From: an uncultured Actinomycetes bacterium | GTDB lineage: Bacteria > Actinomycetota > Thermoleophilia > RBG-16-64-13 | NCBI GenBank assembly: GCA_963841735.1 | Contig: CAWJDT010000001.1 | Coordinates: 416,001 to 480,000, forward strand | Direction of reading: 5' to 3' | DNA: 64,000 nucleotides | Part shown: positions 48,728 to 64,000 of the stretch, in pieces | Position numbering within the stretch: the first letter of the stretch is position 1 | Layout of the letters: every line of letters begins with the position of its first letter | The notes under the pieces: generated by a model | The model's input: the letters and a program-made list of their open reading frames with translations, nothing else | The model's database searches: none | What the model was told of the DNA's origin: nothing | Translations under genes and position numbers: made by a program

Positions 48728-49942
48728 TTATACTTGTGCGAGTATACGCTGTTCGATGAGGTCGGCCAAACCACGGAAATCGTCGAGGGCGACCTGGGGG
48801 ACCGGGTAGTCGAGAAACGATTGGTCGCTGGCGATACCGATCAGTTCGTCAGGAGTGCTCACCAACTCACCGCTCCTCGCCCGGCGCGATACTTCTATCT
48901 TAGGGGCATCCTGCTTCTTGAATCCCTCGGTTATGACCAGGTCCACCGGTTCGGCGATCTGCCTCACCAGGTCTTCCAACGGACGTTCTTCCTCCACCGT
49001 GTTCAGCCAGACGTACTTGTCGGGAGAAGAGATGCCCACCACCGCTGCTCCCACTTCGCGGAACCGGTAGGAGTCGGTACCAGGCACGTCCACCTCGAAC
49101 CCGTGTGTGTCGTGTTTGAGGGCGGCCACCCGGTAGCCGCGGCTCTGCAGCTCCTTGATGACCCCCAAGACCACTGTGGTCTTGCCCGACTTCTTCTTGC
49201 CTATGAAAGACACTACCGGGAGTGGGGACGCGGTCATGAAAGCCTGGATGCTGGGCCGGAGCGCCGCGCGCCGGCTTCCGTCCTCCTCCGCCAGCCGCTG
49301 CCTGGCCACCTCCAGCTCACCGGGAGTGTTGACGTTGACAAACAACCGGTCGGGATCGCCGTACCTGCCGCCATCCATTTCCAGGAAACCCGTGTTGAGG
49401 TCGGGGTAGATGTCGAATATGCGGCGGCCACCAGAGCGGATGAAGTTCAGATAGGGCTCGAGAGTCCCCTTTCCGTACACAGCGCAGAGAGGCTGCATGT
49501 ACTCGCCGTGCCGGGGAACAAACACATCGAAACCCGCGGACCGCTCGGCCAGAACACGCAGCAATCGAGGAGTGACGAAAGGCATGTCGCAGGCCAAACA
49601 GAGCACTCGCTCGGTAGGCGAAGCCAGCGCCGCCGTGTAGACACCCACGGCGGAACCACCTTCAGTAAGAGCGTCGTTGACCACCGGCAGGCCCAATCCG
49701 TGGAAGCGAGAGGGGTCCTTGGCCACGATGAACACATCCGCGAAGAGCGGAGCCAGGCGGTCCCGCATCCACTCAAGTAGAGTCCCTCCCACAAAGGAGG
49801 CGAAGGCCTTGTCCTCGCCCATGCGGCTGGAGAGTCCGCCGGCCAGAAGCGCCAGACTCACATCCGACAGACACGTACGCTGCCGAGGCGAGCTCACCGG
49901 ATCAGCTGGGGAGCCTGCAGTCTCGTTCATCTGACCTTCCAT
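48728..49942 (-). CDS. MobA-MobB fusion (Mo cofactor guanylyltransferase)
   Basis: LAGGLSSRMG.DK, ACDMP, NVNTP; GKKKSGKTT, EGFK. Confidence 0.85.
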   Translation of the reverse strand: MEGQMNETAGSPADPVSSPRQRTCLSDVSLALLAGGLSSRMGEDKAFASFVGGTLLEWMRDRLAPLFADVFIVAKDPSRFHGLGLPVVNDALTEGGSAVGVYTAALASPTERVLCLACDMPFVTPRLLRVLAERSAGFDVFVPRHGEYMQPLCAVYGKGTLEPYLNFIRSGGRRIFDIYPDLNTGFLEMDGGRYGDPDRLFVNVNTPGELEVARQRLAEEDGSRRAALRPSIQAFMTASPLPVVSFIGKKKSGKTTVVLGVIKELQSRGYRVAALKHDTHGFEVDVPGTDSYRFREVGAAVVGISSPDKYVWLNTVEEERPLEDLVRQIAEPVDLVITEGFKKQDAPKIEVSRRARSGELVSTPDELIGIASDQSFLDYPVPQVALDDFRGLADLIEQRILAQV

Positions 49943-50062
49943 GTACCACCCATGCTCGCACCTCTCTCCACCCACAAGATCAGAGATTACCTCACGTGAG
50001 CTTCTGTGGCGTAGAAATGCTGCACCGAGTAGAATCGCACCAGCCCGTCAGACGGAGGTGGA

Positions 50063-50974
50063 ATGCCCCCTATCGACCGAATCTTGGCAGCCTACGAGCA
50101 AGGGCTCACCAGGCTGGCAGATGACCTCATAGCTCAGAACAACCCCCCCGAGGAGGACCGAGCCCACCTCATGCTGCTGGCCAGGCTCCTTCAGGCTGTG
50201 GTCGGCACGTACAAGTCGCACCAACTCGACCAAGCTGCCACTCTGCAGGCGGCCGGGTCGGTGCTGACGGCCGGCGGCGCCCACGAGAACCGGAGAGTAC
50301 TCAACGTATCTCTGCGCCGGCTCGTGGACGACAACCTCATGACCCCCTGGTACGCCCGGTTCCTCAACAGCAGCCTGCAACTCAAGCGCACCATCTTGAT
50401 CAGCGGGGGCCCCGGTGTGGGCAAGTCCACCCTACTCAACGCCCTAGTCGACCTGCTACCCCGCGATCACCGCATCGTCTCCGTCGACGAGGCCGACGAG
50501 AATCTGCCGGTGCTACGCGAACGCTCTTTCACGGTGCAGCTCAAAGCCAAGCGAGGCACGCCCGCCAGAACGGCCGTTTTCCGCAGAGCCGCTGAGATGA
50601 GGCCTACGTGGGTAGTAGTCGGCGAAGTGGCAAGGCGAGATGGTCCGGGCTTTCTGGACACGCTCAACGTCGGCGTCACCGGCGGACTGACCACAGTCCA
50701 GAGTCTTGACCCTGAGGCTACGCTGAACGACTGGCTGGCTCTCAACAAGGCCAGCGCCGAGCAACTTCAGAAGCTCAATCCGCTCGTGGTGCATCTGAGC
50801 CGCGATCAGGACGGGCGCCCCCGGGTCGAGAGAGTGATCGAGATCACCACCGACCGAGGCAATCTGGTGGTCACACCCCGCGAGCAGGTGGAAAGCGAAC
50901 AGGTGGGAGTGCAGGGCGGGCAGCGCAGCAACCTCGCCAAGAACGAGCAGGAGAGCGAGTTGGCCCGCCGGTAA
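50063..50974 (+). CDS. Stand-alone CpaF/VirB11-like P-loop ATPase
   Basis: ISGGPGVGKSTLL, RPTWVVVGEV. Confidence 0.7.
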   Translation: MPPIDRILAAYEQGLTRLADDLIAQNNPPEEDRAHLMLLARLLQAVVGTYKSHQLDQAATLQAAGSVLTAGGAHENRRVLNVSLRRLVDDNLMTPWYARFLNSSLQLKRTILISGGPGVGKSTLLNALVDLLPRDHRIVSVDEADENLPVLRERSFTVQLKAKRGTPARTAVFRRAAEMRPTWVVVGEVARRDGPGFLDTLNVGVTGGLTTVQSLDPEATLNDWLALNKASAEQLQKLNPLVVHLSRDQDGRPRVERVIEITTDRGNLVVTPREQVESEQVGVQGGQRSNLAKNEQESELARR

Positions 50975-51091
50975 TAGCCGACGGCTGTGCAGCACCACCC
51001 AGCCGCTCCTCCGCACATTGAAGCCGCGCGAGTGTGTCCTGCTCCACCCCCCGCCGAGCCCTAGCTAGCCCTAAGCCCTAAGCGCCTAGCC

Positions 51092-53851
<2,760 letters not shown>

Positions 53852-53855
<4 letters not shown>

Positions 53856-54655
53856 CACTCCCGCCCTCAGTCTGCCCAGCGCGCTCTCCCAGCCACGCAG
53901 TTGGTCCATGGCCTCGTGCGACATGAGGTCGAAATGGAGCGGCGTGATCGACACCCAGCCTTCGGCGATCGCTTCAAAATCTGTTCCCGCTTCCTTCTGG
54001 TAGCTAAGGTCGTCGTTGTAGATGTGGTACCCGTGGCGGTTACCTTTCGTCTCGCGATACTCGACCTTGTCGCCGTAGATGCGCTTGCCCAGAGTCGTCA
54101 GCCTCGACGCCCTGCAGGGCCTCCCACGAACGATCGGGGCAGTTGACGTTGATGAGCGTCTTGGCCGGAAAGCCGTCTGCCAGCGCCATGGAGACCAGCC
54201 TGTGCGCAATGCGGGCCGGCACGGTGAGATCGTATCCGGGATGGTAGTCCTCGGCCGAGATGGCGATAGCCGGGATGTCCAGCATGATGCCCTCGAACGC
54301 AGCCGCCACCGTGCCCGAGTAGGTGATGTCGTCGCCCAGGTTGCCGCCCAGGTTGATGCCCGAGACGATGAGGTCGGGCGTCCGGTCAAGCAGACCCAGC
54401 GCGGCCATGCGCACGCAGTCCACCGGGGTGCCGTCGGTGCTGAACGCCGGGCTGCCGTCGGCACAGCTGCACCTCTTCCACCCACAGGGGCGCGTGCATG
54501 GTGATGCTGCGGGCCGCCCCCGAGCGGTTCTGGTCGGGAGCCACCACTCGCACGTCGCCAAGAGATTCCAGCGCCGTCTTGAGCGCGCTCAAGACCAGGC
54601 GAGCCGACCCCGTCGTCATTGGTGAGAACGATCAGCGGATGCTTGGTTCCCAGAG
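53852..54655 (-). CDS. surE: 5'/3'-nucleotidase SurE (frameshifted)
   Basis: LTNDDG, DGTPVDCV, SGIN.G.N, YSGTVAAA, SITPL. Confidence 0.88.
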
Positions 54656-54699
54656 CAACCAGCGCGCAGTCCCTACCCGCCATGACAGCAGGCCGGAGC

Positions 54700-55054
54700 T
54701 CAGTCGCTCTTGGCGCCGGCCGCGGAGGTGACCGGCTTGGGCGACTCGGTGGCCGCCGGCTTGGCGCTGTCAGATGAGTCGGAGCCCGAGCCCGCCGAGC
54801 TGCTGGCCCGGTCGGAAGACGAACCGGCTTCGCTCGCCGGATGACGAGCATGAGCTACCCGCGCCCAACGTGCTCCGCTTGGCGTAGTCGGTCGAGTAGA
54901 AGCCTTTGCCCTTGAACTGGATGGCAACCGGAAATAGCAAGCGCCTTACCGGCTCGCCACAGACCTCGCACTCCTTCACCGGATCGTCGGACATCCGCTG
55001 GAAGCGCTCGAACTGGTGCTCGCACGAAAGACAACGATATTCGTATGTAGGCAA
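54700..55054 (-). CDS. FmdB-family zinc-ribbon protein with Ser-rich tail (frameshifted)
   Basis: PTYEYRC..C...CEVCG...FKGKGFY.TD. Confidence 0.8.
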
Positions 55055-55126
55055 GGTCGCTAGAACCTCCTGATTCTTCAACTAGCGAGCATTATACCGG
55101 AAATGCAGCCCTCCGTGCACAGCTGG

Positions 55127-55153
55127 TTGGCACTCTCCATGGGTGAGTGCCAA
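55127..55153. promoter_or_regulatory. CIRCE element (HrcA operator)
   Basis: TTGGCACTC-N9-GAGTGCCAA. Confidence 0.88.
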
Positions 55154-55172
55154 ACCGACGGCGCCGTTCTCC

Positions 55173-55781
55173 TCACCGATTGCGTGCCCAGGCCAGATAT
55201 CCGGCCACGGCCATGATCACCCAGTTGATCACCCCGCGGCTCGAGAGGGTGAACACCACCGCGTTCCAACTGAATCCAGTGTTCAAGAAGACCGAGATGA
55301 CCGGAGGGACCACAAAGGCCCAGACCGTCGACGCCGCCGCCACCATCGCCGTAGCTGTGCCGCGGTAGTAGCCGGAGGCCCGGCGCACCGCCTCGCCCAC
55401 GAGATACCCGATGCCGGCGGCCACGAAGAAGAAGATGAAGAAGAAGCCGATGCCGCCCAGGATGTAGTAGTAGGCGAAACCCACCGCCGTGCCCGCGCCC
55501 AAGCCGGCGGCTATCGCCCGCAGAAGGCGGCCGCGCTTGAGCGTCACCCGGGCCGAGCGGGGCATCTTCGCGCATTCCCGGCACTTGATGCCCACCGCCG
55601 AGAAGACCATGCAGTCCGGGCACAGAGGCTTGCCGCAGGAGTTGCAGGTGACCAGGGTGAGGCGTCCGGGATGATTCGCGCAGGACTGCTCGCACGCAGG
55701 CGGCGCCCCCGTGGTGGCTTGGTGGTCATCGCACGGCTGGGGCGGCTCCGGCTGCGCGACCCGCGAGAACTGGTCGCTCAC
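55173..55781 (-). CDS. B-box zinc-finger membrane protein
   Basis: CANHP...CNSCGKPLCPDC...CREC plus TM helices. Confidence 0.75.
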   Translation of the reverse strand: MSDQFSRVAQPEPPQPCDDHQATTGAPPACEQSCANHPGRLTLVTCNSCGKPLCPDCMVFSAVGIKCRECAKMPRSARVTLKRGRLLRAIAAGLGAGTAVGFAYYYILGGIGFFFIFFFVAAGIGYLVGEAVRRASGYYRGTATAMVAAASTVWAFVVPPVISVFLNTGFSWNAVVFTLSSRGVINWVIMAVAGYLAWARNR

Positions 55782-56197
55782 CGGCGACCCCGGTGTTGCC
55801 GGGCGACCAGGACGATCTCGCCGGGATGACCCAGCGGCACCAGTTCTCTGCGGTAGCTACGATGCACGGCCGCCAGTTCTTCGCTGGCCCCGGTCACGAA
55901 CCGCTCCATATCGGCTTGTACCTCGTCCAACTTGCGCTGCATGGCTTTGAGTTGCTCCTCCATCTGCATCACCCGCTCCACCCCGGCCAGATTGAGGCCG
56001 CATTCCGCCACCAGTTGCTGGATGCGGCGCAGCCGTTCCACGTCGTCCAACGAATAGAGCCGGGTGCTCTTGGACGAGCGTTGCGGGCGGATCAGCCCCC
56101 GGCGTTCGTACATGCGCAGGGTCTGCGGATGCATCTCGGCCAACTCGGCCGCCACCGAGATCATGAACACCGGTCTCATCTTGTCGTCAAACGGCAT
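55778..56197 (-). CDS. hspR: Heat-shock repressor HspR (MerR family)
   Basis: ISVAAELA.MHPQTLR.YE, G.NLAG; follows dnaJ. Confidence 0.9.
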   Translation of the reverse strand: MPFDDKMRPVFMISVAAELAEMHPQTLRMYERRGLIRPQRSSKSTRLYSLDDVERLRRIQQLVAECGLNLAGVERVMQMEEQLKAMQRKLDEVQADMERFVTGASEELAAVHRSYRRELVPLGHPGEIVLVARQHRGRR

Positions 56198-56213
56198 CTC
56201 CGTACCCCCTCGA

Positions 56214-57372
56214 CTAGGCCGTCCAGCCGGGCCGCCCGGCGCGCGGGTCTTCCTTGCGCGATTCCGCGAACTTCTTGAGCAGGTCCTTCTGCTCTCCGCT
56301 CAGGCCCTCGGGAGTGAGCACCCCGATCCGAGCAAGCAGGTCGCCCCTGCCCGATGCGCCCAGCCGGGGGGCGCCTTTCCCTTTGATCTTGAGCAGCCGG
56401 CCGTCTTGGGTGCCGGCCGGGATCTTGAGCGACACACTCCCTTCCGGAGTGGGCACCGGGACGCTCGCGCCCAGGGCGGCCTCCACCATGGTGACCGGCA
56501 CCTGGACCAGCAGATCGGAGCCTCGCCGCTCGAACACAGGGCTCTCGTCCACCTGGGCGATGACGTACAGATCTCCAGCCGGTCCTCCACGCAGGCCCGG
56601 CTCACCCTTGCCCTTGAGCCTGATCTTGGTGCCGTCTTTGACTCCCGCCGGAAGGGGGACTGTGTACTTCTTGAGGGCCCGCGTAGTCCCCGACCCATCA
56701 CAGGCGGCACAGGGGTTCTCAATGACGCTACCCGTGCCCCTGCAACGCCCGCAGGGCTGACTGAGGGCGAAGAACCCTTGGCTCTGACTCACCACGCCCC
56801 GCCCTTGACATTGCGGACACTTCACGGGCGCCGTGCCCGGCGCCGCGCCGCTGCCCTTGCAGGTGTCACACCGGACAGTCTGGGACACGCGGAATCTTGG
56901 TGGTGACTCCCTTGAGCGCGTCGTCGAACGACAGCCTAACCGCCACGCTCAAGTCCTCGCCGCGCTCCACCCGTTGCTGCCTCCGGCCACCCCCGGACCC
57001 GCCAAAAGCGCCGGCGCCGCCCGCACCGCCGCTGAAACCACCTCCGAAGAGGTTGCCAAACAGGTCGGCAAAGTCGCCGCCCATGGGTTGCCCGCCCTGA
57101 TAGCCACGGGTTCCGCCGCCCGAGCCGCCCCGCGCCCCCTGCCCAAATGGCATCTGAGGACCGACGTCGTACATCTTGCGCTTCTCGGCATCGGAGAGCA
57201 CCTCGTAGGCGCTTGACACCTCCTTGAACTTCTCCTCGGCTTTGGGATCGTCGGGGTTGGCGTCGGGGTGGTACTTGCGTGCCAGCTTACGGTAGGCCTT
57301 CTTGATCTCGTCCTGGGTGGCCGTCTTGCTGACCCCAAGGACCTCGTAGTAATCGCGCGTGCCGGCAGCCAT
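56214..57372 (-). CDS. dnaJ: Chaperone DnaJ (frameshift near 56880)
   Basis: J domain HPD, CxxCxGxG repeats. Confidence 0.93.
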
Positions 57373-57384
57373 CCCGTGTCGCCC

Positions 57385-57994
57385 CTATCCGGCCGTGCCG
57401 CCGGGCTCAGCCCCAGCCGGCCCAGCCGAGACTATCACCCGGGCCGGGCGCAAGACTCTATCTCCCTGCCTGTAGCCCCGCTCGAGCACGACGGCCACCT
57501 GACCCTCCTCGTGCTCCGAGGGCTGCACCAGTATGGCGTCATGAACAGCCGGATCGAACACGGTACCGAGGCCTTCTATCTCCTGCACCCCGATGCGGGC
57601 AAGCAGATCCACGAACTGGTTGCGGGTCAACCGCACACCGTCGAGCACCTTGCCCTCTTGGTGATGCTCGGCCGCGTCGAGCGCCCTCTCCAGGTTGTCC
57701 AGCACCGGCAGAAGCTCGCCCAGGAGGTCGCCCTGCGCCCGCTCGCGAGCCTCGACCAACTCGCGAGAAGCCCGCTTGCGGTAGTTCTCAAACTCGGCGC
57801 GCAGACGCAGTAGCGCGTCGGCCAGAGTGTCGCGTTCCCGAAGCAAGGTCTCTCGTTCGCCGGCCGGTGCTCCTCTTTCCGGCCCCGCGGCCGCTTCCGG
57901 CGCCTGAGTCGGGTCGCGCAGGCCCGCCTCGGCGGCCTGCCCCAGCCTTGGGCTCGTGATCATCGATAGGAATCTGTCTCTTGCTTGTGGTCAT
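57385..57994 (-). CDS. grpE: Nucleotide exchange factor GrpE
   Basis: AEFENYRKR, LDNLERA, FDP..H, LRPARV. Confidence 0.9.
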
Positions 57995-58056
57995 CGGTCT
58001 GTCTTTCACTTTCGATTCCCCGGCAGCGCCGGGAGCATCCGGGTGCTCCATTTACA

Positions 58057-58087
58057 CGGGGCGGCGGCCCTAGAGGCCGCCGCCCCG
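58057..58087 (-). terminator. GC-rich hairpin between hsp20 and grpE
   Basis: CGGGGCGGCGGCC-CTAGA-GGCCGCCGCCCCG. Confidence 0.55.
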
Positions 58088-58138
58088 CTCGCCATCGTCT
58101 CGCGACGCCATTCTACGACGTCGCTGCATCAGAGGCAG

Positions 58139-58620
58139 CTAGGACTTGCGCTCTTTGCCGGTGGCCTCCACCGTAGCCTGCCGGGCTTCGCCAACGGACA
58201 CAGTGATCTTCTTGGGTTTGGCTATCTCGACCTTCGGCACGGTGACCTCGAGCAGGCCGTTCTCGTACTTGGCCGGACGCCTTCCTCGTCGACGGTCTGC
58301 GGCAGCGCGATCGACCGGCTGAACGAACCGTACCGCCGCTCGATACGGTAGTACTTGTCCTCTTTGACTTCCTCCTGAAAACGGCGCTCACCACTCACTG
58401 TAAGGACGTTGTCCTGCACTTCGATGCTGATGTCCGCCGGGTCCATACCGGCGAGATCAGCTTTCAACCTGATAGCGTCCTCGCTCTCGATCACGTCCAC
58501 CAAGGGAGTCCACGACTGCCGCTCGGCCACGTCACCGCCGCCCACGCGGGAGAACAAGCGGTTGACCTCGGTCTGCAGAGCCGTCAACTCGCGGAAGGGA
58601 TCCCATCTGACCAGTGCCAT
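58139..58620 (-). CDS. Hsp20 small heat-shock protein (frameshifted)
   Basis: WDPF, ERRYGSFSRSI.LP, YENGLLEV. Confidence 0.88.
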
Positions 58621-58763
58621 TTCAATACCTCCTTTGTCTCTCTTTGCCGCGCCCGCCCCTGCTTGGTATGCGGGCCCCGGCCCCGGCCGCCTCCGTGGCG
58701 ACCGGGCCTTCACACCTGTTTCCTGCTTCAGCGCCCCGCCTTCCACCGACGGGGCCGCGCTTC

Positions 58764-60777
<2,014 letters not shown>

Positions 60778-60908
60778 TCTGTCTACCCCCGGTAGGGCGA
60801 GGCCGCGGACGCTCCATCGCGGCGGCCGGTGTGTCATGAGAGCCGAGTCTTGGTTCTTCGGCACCCCCTGGGTCTACAATACGTCTAGCGCTTACGGCGG
60901 CCAATGAG

Positions 60909-63043
60909 GTGAACATGAGGATCGGTCGAGAAAGACGCACCGCGCGAGTCCGCCGGGCCCACGCGGCCCGGCAGCGCCGCAGCATGATCCTGCTGGCGGT
61001 GCTCATCACCATCCCCGTCATCGTAGCCGGCATCATCGCGGCGGTGGCCTTGACTGGAATGCAGGCAGTCGCGGCGGTAGAGAAGGGGCTGCCCTCCCTC
61101 GAAGCCCAGGGCGACGTCGAGCTCGCCCAGACCACCAGTCATCTACGCCTCCGACCACTCCCTACTGGCCTACCTGCACGCCGGACGAGAACCGCACGGT
61201 CATCAGCGGCAAGGAGATCCCCGACGTACTGCAGGCACGCCCTGGTGGCCATCGAGGACGAGCGCTTCTACAACCATAACGGGGTCGACTTCGAAGGGTT
61301 GATCCGCGCATTGGTGGTCAACATCCAGTCTCAGGGCATAGAGGAGGGCTTCTCTACCATCACGATGCAACTGGTGGGCGGCCTCTACCTGGACCGCGGC
61401 GACATTTCCCTCGGCCGCAAGTTCAACGAGATGGCCTTGGCCTGGCAGTTCGAGAAGAAGTACTCCAAGAACGAGATCCTCGACATGTACTTGAACACCG
61501 TGTTCTTCGGCGAGAACGCCTGGGGAGTCGAGGCGGCGGCCCGCACCTACTTCGACAAGGACCCCATGGATCTCACGCTCCCAGAGGCGGCCCTCCTCGC
61601 CGGTCTGCCGCAGGCCCCCAGCCGTTTCAATCCAACCGAGCCTACCCACTGGAAGCAGCCCTCAAGCGCCGCAACCTGGTACTGGACAAGATGTACGAGC
61701 TGGGCTTCATCACGGCTCCCGAGTACCAAGAGGCCTTCGACACACCCATCGAGCTTGCCCCCTTCTCGATCTACAACAAGGTGCAGGAGCCCTACGTCGT
61801 GGCCTACGTGCGCAAGCAGCTCATCGACATGTTCGGCGAGGAGAAGGTCTTCGGCGGAGGTCTCCGGGTGGAGACCACCATCAACCCCGAGTACCAGAAG
61901 CTCGCCACGGACGCCATATCCTCCACTCTGGACGAAAAGGGCGACCCCGCGGCCGCGCTGGTGAGCATCGAGACCAGGACCGGCTATATCCGGGCCATGG
62001 TGGGCGGCAACGACTACGACACCTCCAAGTTCAACCTGGCCTCGCAGGGCCGGCGCCAACCCGGTTCGGCCTTCAAGACCTTCGTGCTGGTAGCCGCTTT
62101 GGAGAAGGGCATCAACCCGTACACCACCTACTATGAATCGCAGCCCGTCGAACTGATGTATCCAGGCGCCCTCGAACCATGGGAAGTCAATACCTACGGC
62201 GGCAAGGGTACTACGGACTGTCCAGCGTGGTTGCGGCCACCCTGCGCAGCGACAACACCGTCTACGCTCAGATGGCTCTCGACGTGGGGGTGGAGAGGAT
62301 CATCGACGTCGCCAAGCGCATGGGCATCACCTCGGAGCTCAACCCCAACCCGGCCATCGCCCTGGGCGGTCTCAAGTACGGCGTGTCGCCACTGGAGATG
62401 GCCTCGGCCTACGCCACCCTGGCCAACGGCGGTCAGCACATCGAGCCGACCATCATCCTCCGGGTCACAGACGCCAACGGCAATGTGGTCTGGGAGGCCC
62501 ATCCCAAGCAGACCCAGGCCATCTCGGCCGGTATCGCCTACGAAGCAACGCGGATCCTGGTCCAAAACATCTACAGCGGCACGGGCACCAGGGCCGCGAT
62601 AGGCCGTCCCGGCGGCGGGCAAGACGGGAACGGCCACAGACTGGTCCGACGCGTGGTTCTGCGGCTACACGCCGAACCTGTCCACAGCGGTGTGGATGGG
62701 CGACCCCGACGCCCAGGTGCCCATGGACAACGTGCACGGAACGGCGAATGTCACCGGGGGGAGCTTCCCGGCCATTATGTGGCAGAAGTTCATGTACGAG
62801 GCCGACCGGTACTTCCCCGAGGTGGACTTCGCCAAGCCAGAGGTCCTGGCGATCTACGACCCCTTCTTCCGCAGCACCTATGCGGTGGCACCTACCTCCA
62901 CCACCATGAGCACGACGACCACTACGACACCGCCCATCACGAGGCCGTCGACCACAGCAACCTCGTCAACAAGCTCGCCAACAACCGCACCACGACCACC
63001 GACAACTCCGACTGTCCCGAGTTCGTCGCCCACTGCGCCCTGA
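60909..63043 (+). CDS. Class A penicillin-binding protein (frameshifts)
   Basis: EDERFY.H.GVD, STITMQL, RQPGSAFK, SDN, KTG. Confidence 0.88.
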
Positions 63044-63124
63044 TCCGGTTGCGCCGCCCCGCAATCGGGTTCTATGCCGGTCCCGATGATTGCAGAACCG
63101 CATCTGTGGATATAACGAAACACC

Positions 63125-64000
<876 letters not shown>

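Overview
High-GC bacterial chromosome segment. HspR, a CIRCE element, the futalosine pathway and Hdr-Flx point to an anaerobic actinobacterium, possibly Thermoleophilia-like (inference). Single-base frameshifts occur even in ligA, dnaK, dnaJ, clpB and hdrA, so many are probably assembly errors. Bases ~26,000-64,000 are mostly core genes: hdrCBA-flxDCBA, pdxST, mqn/ubi menaquinone genes, Moco genes, ligA, surE, dnaK-hsp20-grpE-dnaJ-hspR, a class A PBP and clpB. Bases ~1,860-26,000, between a ROK regulator/GH3 pair and the 3' end of flxA, form a ~24 kb accessory array with no visible integrase or transposase. Cargo includes TIR, Kelch, AAA-DUF4143, deaminase-HATPase, HEPN-like, peptide+ABC transporter, AlbA, SIR2-HerA and NTase-like genes. 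The cargo is separated by recurring pieces: 8 co-oriented ~75-100 bp degenerate repeats, 3 displaced diverged remnants of flxA, 5 mrr remnants, 3 methyltransferase 5' remnants, 3 hicB copies and 2 related MITEs. This repeat-punctuated array is the most notable structure. No CRISPR array, rRNA or tRNA was recognised.
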